A stretch of 64,000 bases of DNA from assembly GCF_963921235.1 (NCBI RefSeq), contig NC_086118.1:15626001-15690000 (forward strand). Reading direction: 5' to 3'. The stretch comes from Mobula hypostoma. Its lineage: Eukaryota. The notes beneath the pieces are model-generated. The model had not been told where the DNA came from, made no database searches, and worked only from the letters and a program-made list of their open reading frames with translations. The stretch's first letter is position 1; each line of letters begins with the position of its first letter. Positions 53,301 to 64,000 of this stretch are shown here, piece by piece. Made by a program: the position numbers and the translations under genes.

Positions 53301-54552
53301 TGAATCTCAGGTCGTATACTGCATACATAATTTGATAATGTGTAGTTTGAACTTTGACTAAGGCATCTGATGGGTACAATGCATTAAGTGAAAACCAATA
53401 TCAGTCATGTGACATTGGCATGTGTTTGAGAAAAGTATCAAGGGTTCCAATGGGTGTCATGTGCTGTTTGACTGAAACATAATCAGATAACTGATGTTGT
53501 AAGAACCAATGTCTGAGGAAGGAGTGTGCGGTGAAGCAGAATTACGGATGATATTGAAAGTTAAGTCATAGAGACTCGCAGCAGGGTAACTGGCCCCTTT
53601 GGCCATTGAGTCCATGCTGACCATCATGTACCCACATCGCCCCCCATTTCCACCAACTTCCCTCAAGTTCTGCCACCTGCCTACACATTAGAGAGAATTT
53701 ATAGTGGCCATTTAACCGAACAACCCAAACATCTTGGGATGTGGGAGGAAACAAATGTAGCTGGAGAAAATCCTACAATGAATGTGCAATCAACAAGATG
53801 TTGAAACTCCACATAGGTCAGGACTGAACCTAGGTCACTGGGGCTGTGAGATGGCAGTTCTACTTGCTGCACCATTGTGTCCAACTTATGATTCAGTGTG
53901 TGTGAGGAGTTACATGAGTAGAAAATACTTTACAAAATCCCCATGTGCATTTGCACCTTTTCTCACCTTCTCTGCCTGCATAGAATAAGCACATTCTGAT
54001 TCTGATTAACAATATCATACTCCTGTTCCTGACACTGTACTTTAAGACATTATATCTGTTATGTTTTGTAACTTCAGAACATTAAACTAATTCAACAGGA
54101 GTCCGAAATGTATTCAACAATGGGTTTACTTTAACTGAGGTGCACAAGCATCTGTATTTCTACATATAACCCATAATTAATTATTCAAACAAACAAGAAT
54201 ACTTAATTAAACAATACATAAACAAAATTACTCAAATATTATTGAAATATCAAATACACAACTCTCCTTCCTGCTCAGGTGTAAACAACTCAATAGAGAA
54301 TGCATCTCAACTATATACATAGTATACTATACAATACAACCACTATACAGACATCCCCAGCATAGTAAATTTTAAATTGTACCACTTAATCTGAAAGATT
54401 CCATTGTTATAGAGGCTTTCTTATTCTTGTGGGATAACGTCTTTCCTGACATGGGGGGGGGGGGGGGACAGCTTTGAAACAGTTGCAGGTTTTGGGGCCT
54501 CCTCCATGCTGGTTCCAAGACTGCAAGAAATGGTTCTGATAGTGGTAGCCAC

Positions 54553-54680
54553 CTTTCTTCTTCGAGCTTGTGCATCTTGATCTTGGGAAGCTACATTTAT
54601 TTCACTGGAGTATTCTCTTACTGATCCTTCTATTGCTCCATTTCTGGTCTGATCGCTCCTCTTGGTTTCCTCATCCACAA
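54553..54680 (-). pseudogene. RBM25: RBM25 processed fragment, 3' part
   Basis: DEETKRSDQTRNGAIEGSVREYSSEINVASQDQDAQARRRK matches recalled RBM25 DEETKRRDQMIKGAIEVLIREYSSELNAPSQESDSHPRKKK. Confidence 0.9.
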
Positions 54681-54696
54681 CATCATCTGATGAATC

Positions 54697-57600
54697 GTAA
54701 ACACAAAATACTCTGCAGGTGCTGGGGTCAAAGCAACACTCACAACACGCTGGAGGAACTCAGCAGGTTGAGCAGCAACCATGGAAACGATCAGTCAATG
54801 TTTCGGGCCGGAATCCTTCATCAGGACTGAAGAGGGAAGGGGCAGAGGCCCTATAAGGAAGGTGGGGGGAGGGTGGGAAGGAGAAGGCTTACAGGTGAAA
54901 AACCAGTAAGTGGAAAGATAAAGAGGTCGGAGAGGGGAAGCAGGGAGGTGATAGGCAGGAAACGTGAAGAAGGAATAGGGGAAAACACAATGGGTAGTAG
55001 AAGGAGGTGGAACCATGAGGGAGATGATAGGCAGCTGGGGGAGGGGGCAGAGTGAAATAGGGATAGAGGAAGGGAGGGGGAGGGAATTACCGGAAGTTGG
55101 AGAATTCTATGTTCATACCAAGGAGCTGGAGACTACCTAGATGGTATATGAGGTGTTGCTCCTCCAACCTGAGTTTAGCTGCATCATGGCAGTAGAGGAG
55201 GCCATGTATGGACATATCCGAATGGGAATGTGAAGCAGAGTTGAAGTGGGTAGCAACCGGGAGATCCTGTCTTTTGTGGCAGACGGAGAAAAGGTGCTCG
55301 AAGAAGCTGTCCCCCAATCTGCGTCGGGTTTCACCGATGTAGAGGAGGCCGCACCGGGAGCACCAGATGCAATAGATGGCCCCAACAGACTCACAAGTGA
55401 AGTGTTGCCTCACCTGGAAGGACTGTTTGGGGCCCTGAATGGTGGAAAGAGAGGAGGTGTAGGGACAGGTGTAGCACTTACGCTTACAGGATAAGAGCCG
55501 GGTGGGAGATCCGTGGGAAGGGACGTGTGGATCAGGGAGTCACGGAGGGATCAATCCCTGCAGAAAACGGAGAGGGGTGGAGAGGGAAAGACGTGCTTAG
55601 TTGTGGGGTCCTGTTGAAGGTGGCGGAAGTTGCGGAGGATAATCTGCTGGATCCGGAGGCTGGTGGGGTGGTAGGTGAGGACAAGGGGAACTCTGTCCCT
55701 GTTGTGGTGGTGGGAGGATGGGGTGAGGGCTGAGGTGCAGGAAATGGAGGAGATGCGGGTGAGGGCATCATTGATGATGGCAGAAGGGAAACCATGATCC
55801 TTAAAGAAAGAGAACATTTGAGATGTCCTGGAACGGAAAGCCTCATCCTGGGAGCAGATGCAGTGGAGACGGAGGAACTGGGAATACGGAATGGCATTTT
55901 TGCATGTTGCACGGTGGGAAGAATTATGGTCCAGGTAGTTATGAGAGTCTGTGGGCTTGTAGAAGATGTCAGTGGACAGTCCGTCTCCAGAGATGGAGAC
56001 CGAGAGATCGAGAAAGGGGAGAGAAATGCCCGAGATAGACCAAGTGAATTTGAGGACTGGGTGGAAGTTTGAAGTAAAGTCGATGAAATTGATGAGCTCA
56101 GCATGGGTGCAGGAAGTAGCCCCAATGTAATCATCAATGTACCGAAGGAGAAGTTGGGGAGCAGTACCAGAATAGGTTTGGAGCACAGACTGTTCCACAT
56201 AACTAACAAAGAGGCAGGCATAGCTGGGACCCATGCGAGTGCCCATAGCTACACCCTTGGTCTGAAGAAAGTGGGAAGAGCCAAAAGAGAAGTTATTAAG
56301 TGTGAGTACCAGTTCTGCCAACCAGAGGAGGGTAGTGGTGGTGGGAACTGGTGAGGTCTATTATCCAGAAAGTACTGGAGGGCTTTGAGGTCTTCTTGAT
56401 GGGGAATGGAGGTGTATAAGGATTGGACATCCGTAGTGAAAATGAAGCAGTTGGGACCTGGGAACTGGAAGTTATTGAAGAGGTAGAGGGTATGGGATGT
56501 ATCCTGGATGTAGGTGGGGAGGGACTGAACTATGGGTGACAAAATGGAGTCCAGGTAGGCAGAAACAAGTTTGGTGGGACAGGAGCAGGCAGAAACTATG
56601 GGTCTACCGGGACAGTCAGGCTTGTGGATCTTGGGGAGGAGGTAAAACCGAGCAGTACGGGGTGTGGGAATTATGAGTTTAGCGGCTGAGGATGGAAGAT
56701 ATCCGGAGTTGATAAGGACGGTGATGCTACGGAAGACAATGGCTTGATCTTTTTTGGTGGGGTCCTGTTCCAGGGGTAAGTAAGAGGAGGTGGCAGAGAG
56801 CTGCCATTTGGCCTCAGTGAGGTAGAGGTCCATCTGCCAGACTACTACGGCACCATCTTTGTCTGCGGGCTTGATGGTGAGGTTGGGATTAGTGCGGAGA
56901 GAGTGGAGGGCAGTGCATTCAGAGGGAGTGAGGTTGGAACAGGAGAGAGGAGTGGTGAAGTTGAGACGATTGATGTCTTGGGGACAGTTAGAGATTAAAA
57001 GATCGCGTGCAGGTAGAAGGCCCAGGCAGGGTGTCCAGGAGGAGGAGGAGGGTTGAAGACGGGAGAAGGGGGTCATCAGTAGGGGGAGGGGAATCCTTGT
57101 CAAAGAAGTAGGCTAGGAGACGTAGCCGACGGAAGAAGAGTTCAGTGTCATGGTGGGCACGGAACTCACTGAGATATAGACAGAGGGGGACAAAAGTGAG
57201 GCCCTTGCTAAGTACAGAATGTTCTGCCTCAGAGAGGAGAAGGTCAGAGGGGATGGTGAAGACACAGCAAGGGTTGGGGCTGTGGTCAGAGGAGGGTAAA
57301 GAGTGGGAGGTCTCAGGAGGGAGAGTGGGTTGCCACCCACTTCAACCCTGCTTCATTTTCCCAGTCGGATACGTCCATACATGGCCTCCTCTACTGCCAT
57401 GATGAGGCCAAACTCAGGTTGGAGGAGCAACACCTCAAATACCGTCTTGGTAGTCTCCAGCCCCTTGGTATGAACATAGAATTTTCCAACTTCCGGTAAT
57501 TCCCTCCCCCTCCCTTCCCCTATCCCTATTTCACTCTGCCCCCTCCTCCAGCTGCCTATCACCTCCCTCATGGTTCCACCTCCTTCTACTACCCACTGTG

Positions 57601-57859
57601 TTTTCCCCTATTCCTTCTTCACCTTTCCTGCCTATCCCCTCCCTGCTTCCCTTCCCCCACCCCTTTATCTTTCCCCTTACTGGTTTTTCACCTGGAACCT
57701 ACCAGCCTTCTCCGTCCCACCCTCCCCCCACCTTCTTTATAGGGCCTCTGCCCCTTCCCTCTTCAGTCCTGACGAAGGGTTCCGGCCCGAAACATTGACT
57801 GATCGTTTATACGGATACTGCCCAACCTGCTGAGTTCCTCCAGCGTGTTGTGAGTGTTG
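54697..57859 (-). mobile_element. Penelope-like element (RT plus GIY-YIG) with inverted pseudo-LTR
   Basis: IKPADKD, PKIHKP..PGRPIVS, QTKGVAMGT, RYIDD, GIY-YIG ORF 55087-55413; 57355-57859 is an inverted copy of ~54735-55220; 16-bp TSD CATCATCTGATGAATC at 54681-54696 and 57860-57875. Confidence 0.95.
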
Positions 57860-57875
57860 CATCATCTGATGAATC

Positions 57876-58315
57876 TTCCATCTCACATCTCCATTGAGTC
57901 CTTTCTTTTGGTCTTCTATTCATCTACTGGGCTTTGGTCTTTGCATCTACTTTTACAAGCAGGTTTTGTCTCCCACTTGAAGTTCATGCAATAATCTTAA
58001 CACGTGCAGACTAGATTCTGGTTCTTTTTACTCACAAAAGCCAAATGTTTGCAACCGACCTGAAACTCCTTAAACCCTCTTCTATCTCAAAACCAAGTTG
58101 CATTTCACAACCAACTGCCTGATTAACATATCAGAAGCTCTCTTAGATATGTTGCCTATAAAAACTGTTGTCGTTGGACCACTGCTTTTGTCACTTTCAT
58201 GATTCCCCTGAACAGTGTGGTCCTTCCTTGCTTCAATATGCTTTCCAACCAGAAGCACCAACACCTCTTTGTCCTCCTTTGGGCAATGGTTTATGTCTTT
58301 CAGCATGGAGACAGT
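57876..58315 (-). pseudogene. RBM25: RBM25 processed fragment, 5' part (RRM)
   Basis: VGKHIEARKDH...GPTTTVFIGNISKRASDMLIRQLVVKCNLVLR*KRV*GVSGRLQTFGFCE*KEPESSLHVLRLLHELQVGDK/LLVKVDAKTKAQ matches the RBM25 RRM; no introns; stops and frameshifts. Confidence 0.93.
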
Positions 58316-59379
58316 TGTGGCATCGTCTGGTACTTTCCTTAGTCCACGATCATATGGTTTCATTGCAGGGAATGTGGCATGCAAATTGTGGATGGATCTC
58401 CAATCAAGTTGTTGTTATTTCAGCCAATTACTGATCCTCCTGTTTTTACCATGTACAAGCTTAATGTACAGTAGCTTGTTGGGTGTAGAATTTCACAGTT
58501 ATGATTGTCATTCCCACATGAAGTATCTTTTCTCCAGTGTAAGATCTTAGTTGAATATCTGCAGGCTTCAGTTTTGTGTCTTTGAAATGCCTTTCAAACT
58601 CATTTTGAGGAATGACTGAAACAGCTGAAATGGTGTCCAATTCCACTTTAATTAATTTGCCATTTACTTTTGGTGTAAGTCATATTCTTTGTCTCCTAGT
58701 AGTTTTCAAATTGTAAATCTCAAGGCTCCACAAACCTGTGTCATCTCATCATTATCAGATTTCTCATTGACAGCATGCAGATTAGTTCTCTTTTTAAAAC
58801 TGCAATTAGAACCTTTAATTTTTTCTTTTCTTTCTGCAGCCTATTTATTTTTTTTCTGCCTGACATGCTCTTTGTATGTGTCCTACTTTGTTGCATTTTC
58901 TGCAATTTTTACCTTTAACTCTGCACTGGTCTGGTGTATGTGAGCCTCTGTCACAAAGGTAACGTAACTACTTTGCAGGTTGGTTTCTGTTTAGACATTG
59001 CAATTTTATTCACACTCACTTTCATTCCTGACTTCAACTCAATTGCATCTCTGCCTGTGTTTCCATTGAAACAATGATTTAAACCACTCTTTTAAATGTA
59101 AGTTCTGCTTCAGTTAGGAGCTATACTTGAAAGCTTTCCTTTAAGATTCCACATATTAAACATTCTCTCAGTGCATTATTAAGATCGTAACCAAACTCAC
59201 AACTGAATTGACTTTATTCCTTACATCCTTCACATACAAGAGGAGTAAAAATCTTCACATCTAAATGTGCAATGTGCAATTTATAGTAATTTGTTATAAA
59301 TTATATGTACAACAGGACAGTCAATATAGCATAGAAATACAATTGTATCAGGGTGAATTAATCAATCTGATGGCCTGGT

Positions 59380-60300
59380 AGAATAGAATAGAATAGAATA
59401 TCTTTATTGTCATTGTTGTGGAGCAATGAAACACAGTTTAGCAGCTCAACATTTTGTAGCATGACAAAGAAAAAGTACATAAAATAAACTCTAAAACCTC
59501 AGGAGTACAGTCCAAAATTAATAATATATGGGGGGGGGGGGTAGGACTATTGCACACCTGCCATTCCTGGAAGTGTAATGCATTTAGCTGCCGCCGTCTT
59601 AGGAGGGGGGCAGGAGAAGGGAAGGGAGTGTTATACATTTCACTGCTTGTGGGTAGAAACTGTTAAGGAGTCTCTTTGTTTTCGTCCTTAATGCTCTGTA
59701 TCTCTTCCCAGAAGGTAGAGGGGAAAACAGGTGATATCCAGGATGAGTGGGATCCTTTGAAATACAAGTAGCCTTCTTTTGAAGTCCGCCAGTATAAATG
59801 TCTCTGAGGGAGGGTAATGTTGTGCCAATAACCCACTTTGCTACCCTCACCACCCACTGCGAGTCCTTCCTGTTCTGTTCTGTGCAGCTGGCAAACCACA
59901 CTGCACAGCAATACGTCAAGAGGCTCTCTATAGCTGTCCGATAGAAGTTGATCAGCAGGTGATGAAGGAGGAGAGCGTGCTTTAGCTTCCTTAGGAAGTA
60001 GAGCCTCTGTTGGGCCTTCCCCACCTGATAAGAGATATGGGCAGTCCAGGTGAGGTCAGCCGAGATGTAGACGCCGAGGAACTTGAAACTCTCTACTCTC
60101 TCCACCTCTTTCCCGTATATGTGCAGAGCAGAGTGCTTGACGTGCTTTGATTTCTTGAAGTCTACTATCAGCTCCTTGGTTTTTGTGATGTTCAAGTCCA
60201 GGTTATTATGACAACACCATTCTGTCAAATGCTGTACCTCCTCCCTATAGGATGTCTCATCACAGTCTGATATGATACCTATTAGGGTGGTATCGTCAGC
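59380..60300 (-). mobile_element. Rex1/Babar-like LINE 3' fragment (nested in a second fragment, ~59202-60480)
   Basis: ORF 59599-60228 LNITKTKELIVDF...FKFLGVYIS..LTW...LPSGKRYR; (AATAG)n tail. Confidence 0.88.
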
Positions 60301-62539
60301 AAAAGAAGAAGGTATCCCAGAGTTTGTTGGTCGTGGCTTTTATGCTGCGGTACTATTTTCTGGATAGTAGCAGCTGGAACAATTTGTGGTTCGGATGACT
60401 TGGGTTCCAAATGATCCTTCAGGTCCTTTTTACGCATCTATCTCTGTAAATGTCCTGAATAGCGGGAAGTTCACATCTACCATGGTTAAACAATCTCTTC
60501 AATTCAGCCACAAACACTGAAATGGACTCCCCTTCTTTCTGATTCCACTTATAAAACTTAAAACATTCTGCAATCAAGAATGGCTTCAGTTCTGAATGTT
60601 CCTGCATCACTTTTACTATAGCAGCAAAGCTCATTTCTGCTGGCTTGGTTGGAACACTCAAACTTTGAAGCTTTTAACCCCAATCCACTCTGCAACATTG
60701 GCACTTGTTTTTCATTGACTCTTTCATTTGCTTCAAAATACTGTTCCAATTGTTCAGCATACATGAGCCAATTACCCGTTGTGTAAACAAACTGATAAAT
60801 CTTTCAGGTGTAGCCAGTCATTTCTGACTTTTTTTCATGATTATTATCACCCGGTACTCACCGTGTATGAATTCTTCCATTTATTTATCTATTTTTAACT
60901 TGATCATGTCTTCCCTTCTGAAGAACATGTGCTTTTTGTAACTCAACAGTTCCTTGCTGCATTTTATATTTCGAACATCTCACTGCACTTTAACAGGTTA
61001 GTAGCTATATCAGTTTTTAAAGAAATACCTCCTTGCCAATGTTATGTTTTGTAATTTCAAAACATTGAATTTAATTGAAGATGCGGGAGTCCGAAATGTG
61101 AGTCTAACTACGGGTTTACTTTAAGTCAGGCGCGCACATATCTTATGGTAGTGTGGTGACGTATGCAAATAACATATTTCTACATATAACCATTGATTAT
61201 TTAAACAAATAAAAATGCTCAATTTAAATATATATACAATTACACTCAAATATTATTGAAATATCAAATGCGTAACAAACCCATCACTCTAAATAAAGCT
61301 AGAATGATACCTGAAATATTTCCATATCAGTTAATACATGTAGTGATTGAAGAATAACATTGTGGTGACTCCCAAGTATGTTATTCTTCTGTTGCAAAGA
61401 AGTGTTTCTTTCCGGCTTTGAGCATTTCTTAGTATCTCCATAAAACTGGAAACTTTCCAACTGTAACTCTCCATTATAACCAAATGTAACAATTTCCAAT
61501 TGTACATATCTGAACAAGAGCATTTGAATGGACATTTAGGTGTCACGTAAAACAATGCAGTTCACATACAGAGCAAATAAAAAATCAAAGTTAAATAAAA
61601 CTGAAGAATCCCTGTTAAAATTGCACATTCCCATGTTCCCAATGCTGCATATGCTATGCACTTTTCCATACAGGCTAGCCCCAATGCCTTGCGCCATCAT
61701 TTTGTTTCAGTCTCCATGCTATGTTGGGTCATAGAATGAAAGCAGCTTTCAGTTTTGTATTATGACATAGGAGTTAATTTGTTATGTTATATTGCTTTCT
61801 CTCGGAACACGGTACTAATAATTTATTCATACCACACATGCTATTAAAAATATTAAAACAATATATCTTGGACTTGCTCTCAGTATTCTTGTAATATTTC
61901 CATTAACATGTTGAGCCAGAGGCAGCACAACTTCATTGGTATAGCAGAAGCCAAAGCAATACCAGAAATATTTCCATGTCATTTAATCTATCTGCAGATC
62001 AAGGAATAATGTTATATTGGGCTACACTGAGTCTTACATTTTATGAGAGCATTAAATTACACCCTGCACATTTATCTTGGGGACTGTATTACCTTTGCAA
62101 TCAAGTTTTATCCAATAATCTTATATTGAAGTTATTTACATTTAGCAGTGTATCAAGTTAATTCTGAAACACTTCCACACAATTAGTCTCATAATCGGAT
62201 TTTATGGGTTTAGGCTTGATACCCATAAAGTAGGATGAAATCAATATTATAATCATGGAACCCAACCCATTTTAATGCCTACTCAAGTAACACCATTCCA
62301 GTAAAAGCAGAAATGGATTTAAGCAGTAGAGTGTGCTTCTCCAAATTGGTAAAGTTGCCAAAGAAACTGAAAATTGATTGCTCCATAATTGGGGTTGATC
62401 AAGCTGAAGACCACTGAAAGGAATAAAGCATCAGCACTCAGATCTTTCCGCAGTTTACGAAACTTGATTGGAGAGGAATTCAGAAGAATTCAGACCAAAA
62501 TACTGTAGAGGTTGTACATCTTATCTCTTCAACAGTTAG

Positions 62540-63675
62540 ATCGGGGCACAACTGCGCAAGCGCGTGGACGTCAGCCAGTGAGGACAGCGAGCAGAGTTTA
62601 AAAGGACACAGCCTTATAGAGTGGGCGTTAAGAGAGGAGCAGGCAGTGGAGTAGAGGGAGACAAAGTAGGAAGACTTTGGCTCAATGGGGCTTAGGCGTA
62701 AATGGGTCGAGGTGAGGTAGGTTGTCTGAGTAGAATACAGACAGGAACTATGTGTGTGAGGCTGGTTTTCTGTGCTTGGTGTCAGATGTGGGAGGTCCGG
62801 GAGACTCTCAGCCTCCCGGACGGCCACACCTGTGCCAGGTGTGTCGAGCTGCAGCTCCTTAGGGACCGTGTTAGGGAACTGGAGATGCAGCTCGATGACC
62901 TTTGTCTAGTCAGGGAGAGTGAGGAGGTGATAGAGAGCAGCTATAGGCAGGTAGTCACACCAGGTCCTGGGGAGACAGTTAAATGAGTAACAGTCAGGAG
63001 AGGGAAGGGCAGGAGTCAGAGGCTAGAGAGCACCCCTGTGGCTGTACCCCTTGACAATAAGTACTCCTGTTTGACTACTGTTGGGCAGGATGGCCTACCT
63101 GGAGGAAACAACAGTGGTCGCGCCTCTGGCACAGAGTTCAGTCCTGTGGCTCAGAAGGGTAGGGAAAGGAAGAGGATGGCAGCAGTGATAGGGAACTCTA
63201 TAGTTAGGGGGTCAGACAGGTGATTCTGTGGACCCAGGAAAGAAGCACGAATGATAGTTTGCCTCCCAGGTGCCTGGGTCTGGGATGTTTCTGATCATGT
63301 CCAAGATATCCTGAAGTGGGAAGGAGAACAGCCAGAGGTCGTGGTCATATTGGTACCAACGACATAGGCAGGAAAAGGGAGGAGGTCCTGAAAGCAGACT
63401 ACAGGGAGTTACGAAGGCAGTTGAGAAGTAGGACCACAAAGGCAGTCATCTCGGGATTACTGCCAGTGCCATGCAACAGTGAGTATAGGAATAGAGTGAG
63501 GTGGAGGATAAATGTGTGGCTGAGGGACTGGAGCAGGGGGCAGGGATTCAGATTTCTAGATCATTGGGACCTCCTTTGGGGTAGGAGTTACCTGTACAAA
63601 AAGAACAGATTGCACCTAAATATCAGGGGGACAATTATCTTGGCGGGGAGGTTTGCTAAGGCTATTGGGGAGATG
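62540..63675 (+). mobile_element. CR1 LINE 5' region and ORF1 (zinc finger plus SGNH/esterase)
   Basis: CAWCQMWE...C..C..L..L..RV.ELE, VIGNSIVRG, HIGTNDI, LHLN motifs. Confidence 0.88.
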
Positions 63676-63729
63676 CTTCCTTACCTGTCAATGTCCACAA
63701 TGTCCTGGGTTCCACAAAACCAACAGGTA

Positions 63730-64000
63730 TAAGACCGAAAGACCATAAGACATAGGAGCAGAATTAGGCCATTCAGTCCATCGAGTCTGTTCCACCATTC
63801 CATCATGGTTGATCCCGGATCCCATTCAACTTGCTCGCCATATCCTTTGAAGTCCTGACTGACCAGGAAACGATCTACTTCTGCCTTTAGTAAACACACG
63901 GAATTGGCCTCCACAGATTTACTACTCTCTGGCTAAAAAAATTCCTTCTTACCTCTATACTAAATGGTCACCCCTCAATTTTGAGACTATGCTCTCCAGT
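63730..64000 (-). mobile_element. CR1 LINE 3' tail (runs off the window)
   Basis: Same tail sequence as the CR1 ends near 41200 and 50600. Confidence 0.8.

Larger units (their letters stand above)
54057..61277 (-). mobile_element. Gypsy-type LTR retrotransposon, pol core replaced by RBM25 cDNA, with nested Penelope and Rex1 insertions
   Basis: Paired diverged LTRs 54057-54263 and 61040-61277 (TGTTATGTTTTGTAA...CAAATATTATTGAAATATCAAAT); PBS-like TTGGCAAGGAGG and PPT GCAGGAAGGAGAG on -; gag from 60821 (YAEQLEQYFEAN), protease MELDTISAVSVI, pol tail RRYPTRIRKP. Confidence 0.88.
52081..62490 (+). pseudogene. Degenerate MYH pseudogene psi5 (about e3-e24), split by Rex1 and the Gypsy element
   Basis: Strong acceptor at 52079-52080; AAGCCTCTGATGCCAATACT (KP.DA.T, e3); PMFMK.....MVT and EPSV...I.EK....M (e4); RIVSPTHIFSIAD~RQEAPPHIFSISD ~52399-52437 (e5); AG-28 nt-GT (e6 length); SG.....NTK..F (e7); LEE*, PLL...GNVK, DN (e8); RSYMSRKYFTK~RGYLMRVEFKK ~53906 (e21); KLKIDCS~KLEDECS ~62364 (e23); RNL..EE (e24). 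Confidence 0.65.

Noticed and set aside
57876..58384. Functional RBM25 gene
   Set aside because: Intronless internal fragment with several stops and frameshifts, embedded in a retrotransposon.
1..64000. CRISPR arrays, operons, rRNA or tRNA genes
   Set aside because: The sequence is vertebrate-type genomic DNA; no repeat-spacer array, rRNA or complete tRNA cloverleaf was seen.

Overview
Eukaryotic genomic DNA, very likely from a cartilaginous fish (probably a ray; inferred from the CR1, Rex1, Penelope and L1 repeat landscape). The window opens with the last two exons and poly(A) signal of an apparently intact sarcomeric (fast-skeletal-like) myosin heavy chain gene on the + strand. Much of the remaining non-repeat DNA appears to be a head-to-tail set of about five eroded, deletion-compacted MYH pseudogenes, all on + with exon remnants in collinear order (approx. 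1-13, 13.1-15.2, 15.6-22.5, 22.6-47.7 and 52.1-62.5 kb). One copy is clear; the others rest on short motif matches found by eye and need a frameshift-aware alignment. Nested transposons separate the remnants. The most striking element is a Gypsy-type LTR retrotransposon (54057-61277, -) whose RT/RNaseH/integrase core is replaced by an intronless fragment of the splicing factor RBM25, fused in frame downstream of the protease and later split by a Penelope insertion with a 16-bp TSD. Also present: two mini-LTR (TRIM-like) elements sharing a ~165-bp internal domain, a full-length decayed L1, a Tigger element with a ~225-bp palindrome, and Penelope hammerhead motifs. Exon numbers follow MYH7-type numbering recalled from memory; repeat boundaries are approximate unless a TSD is given.
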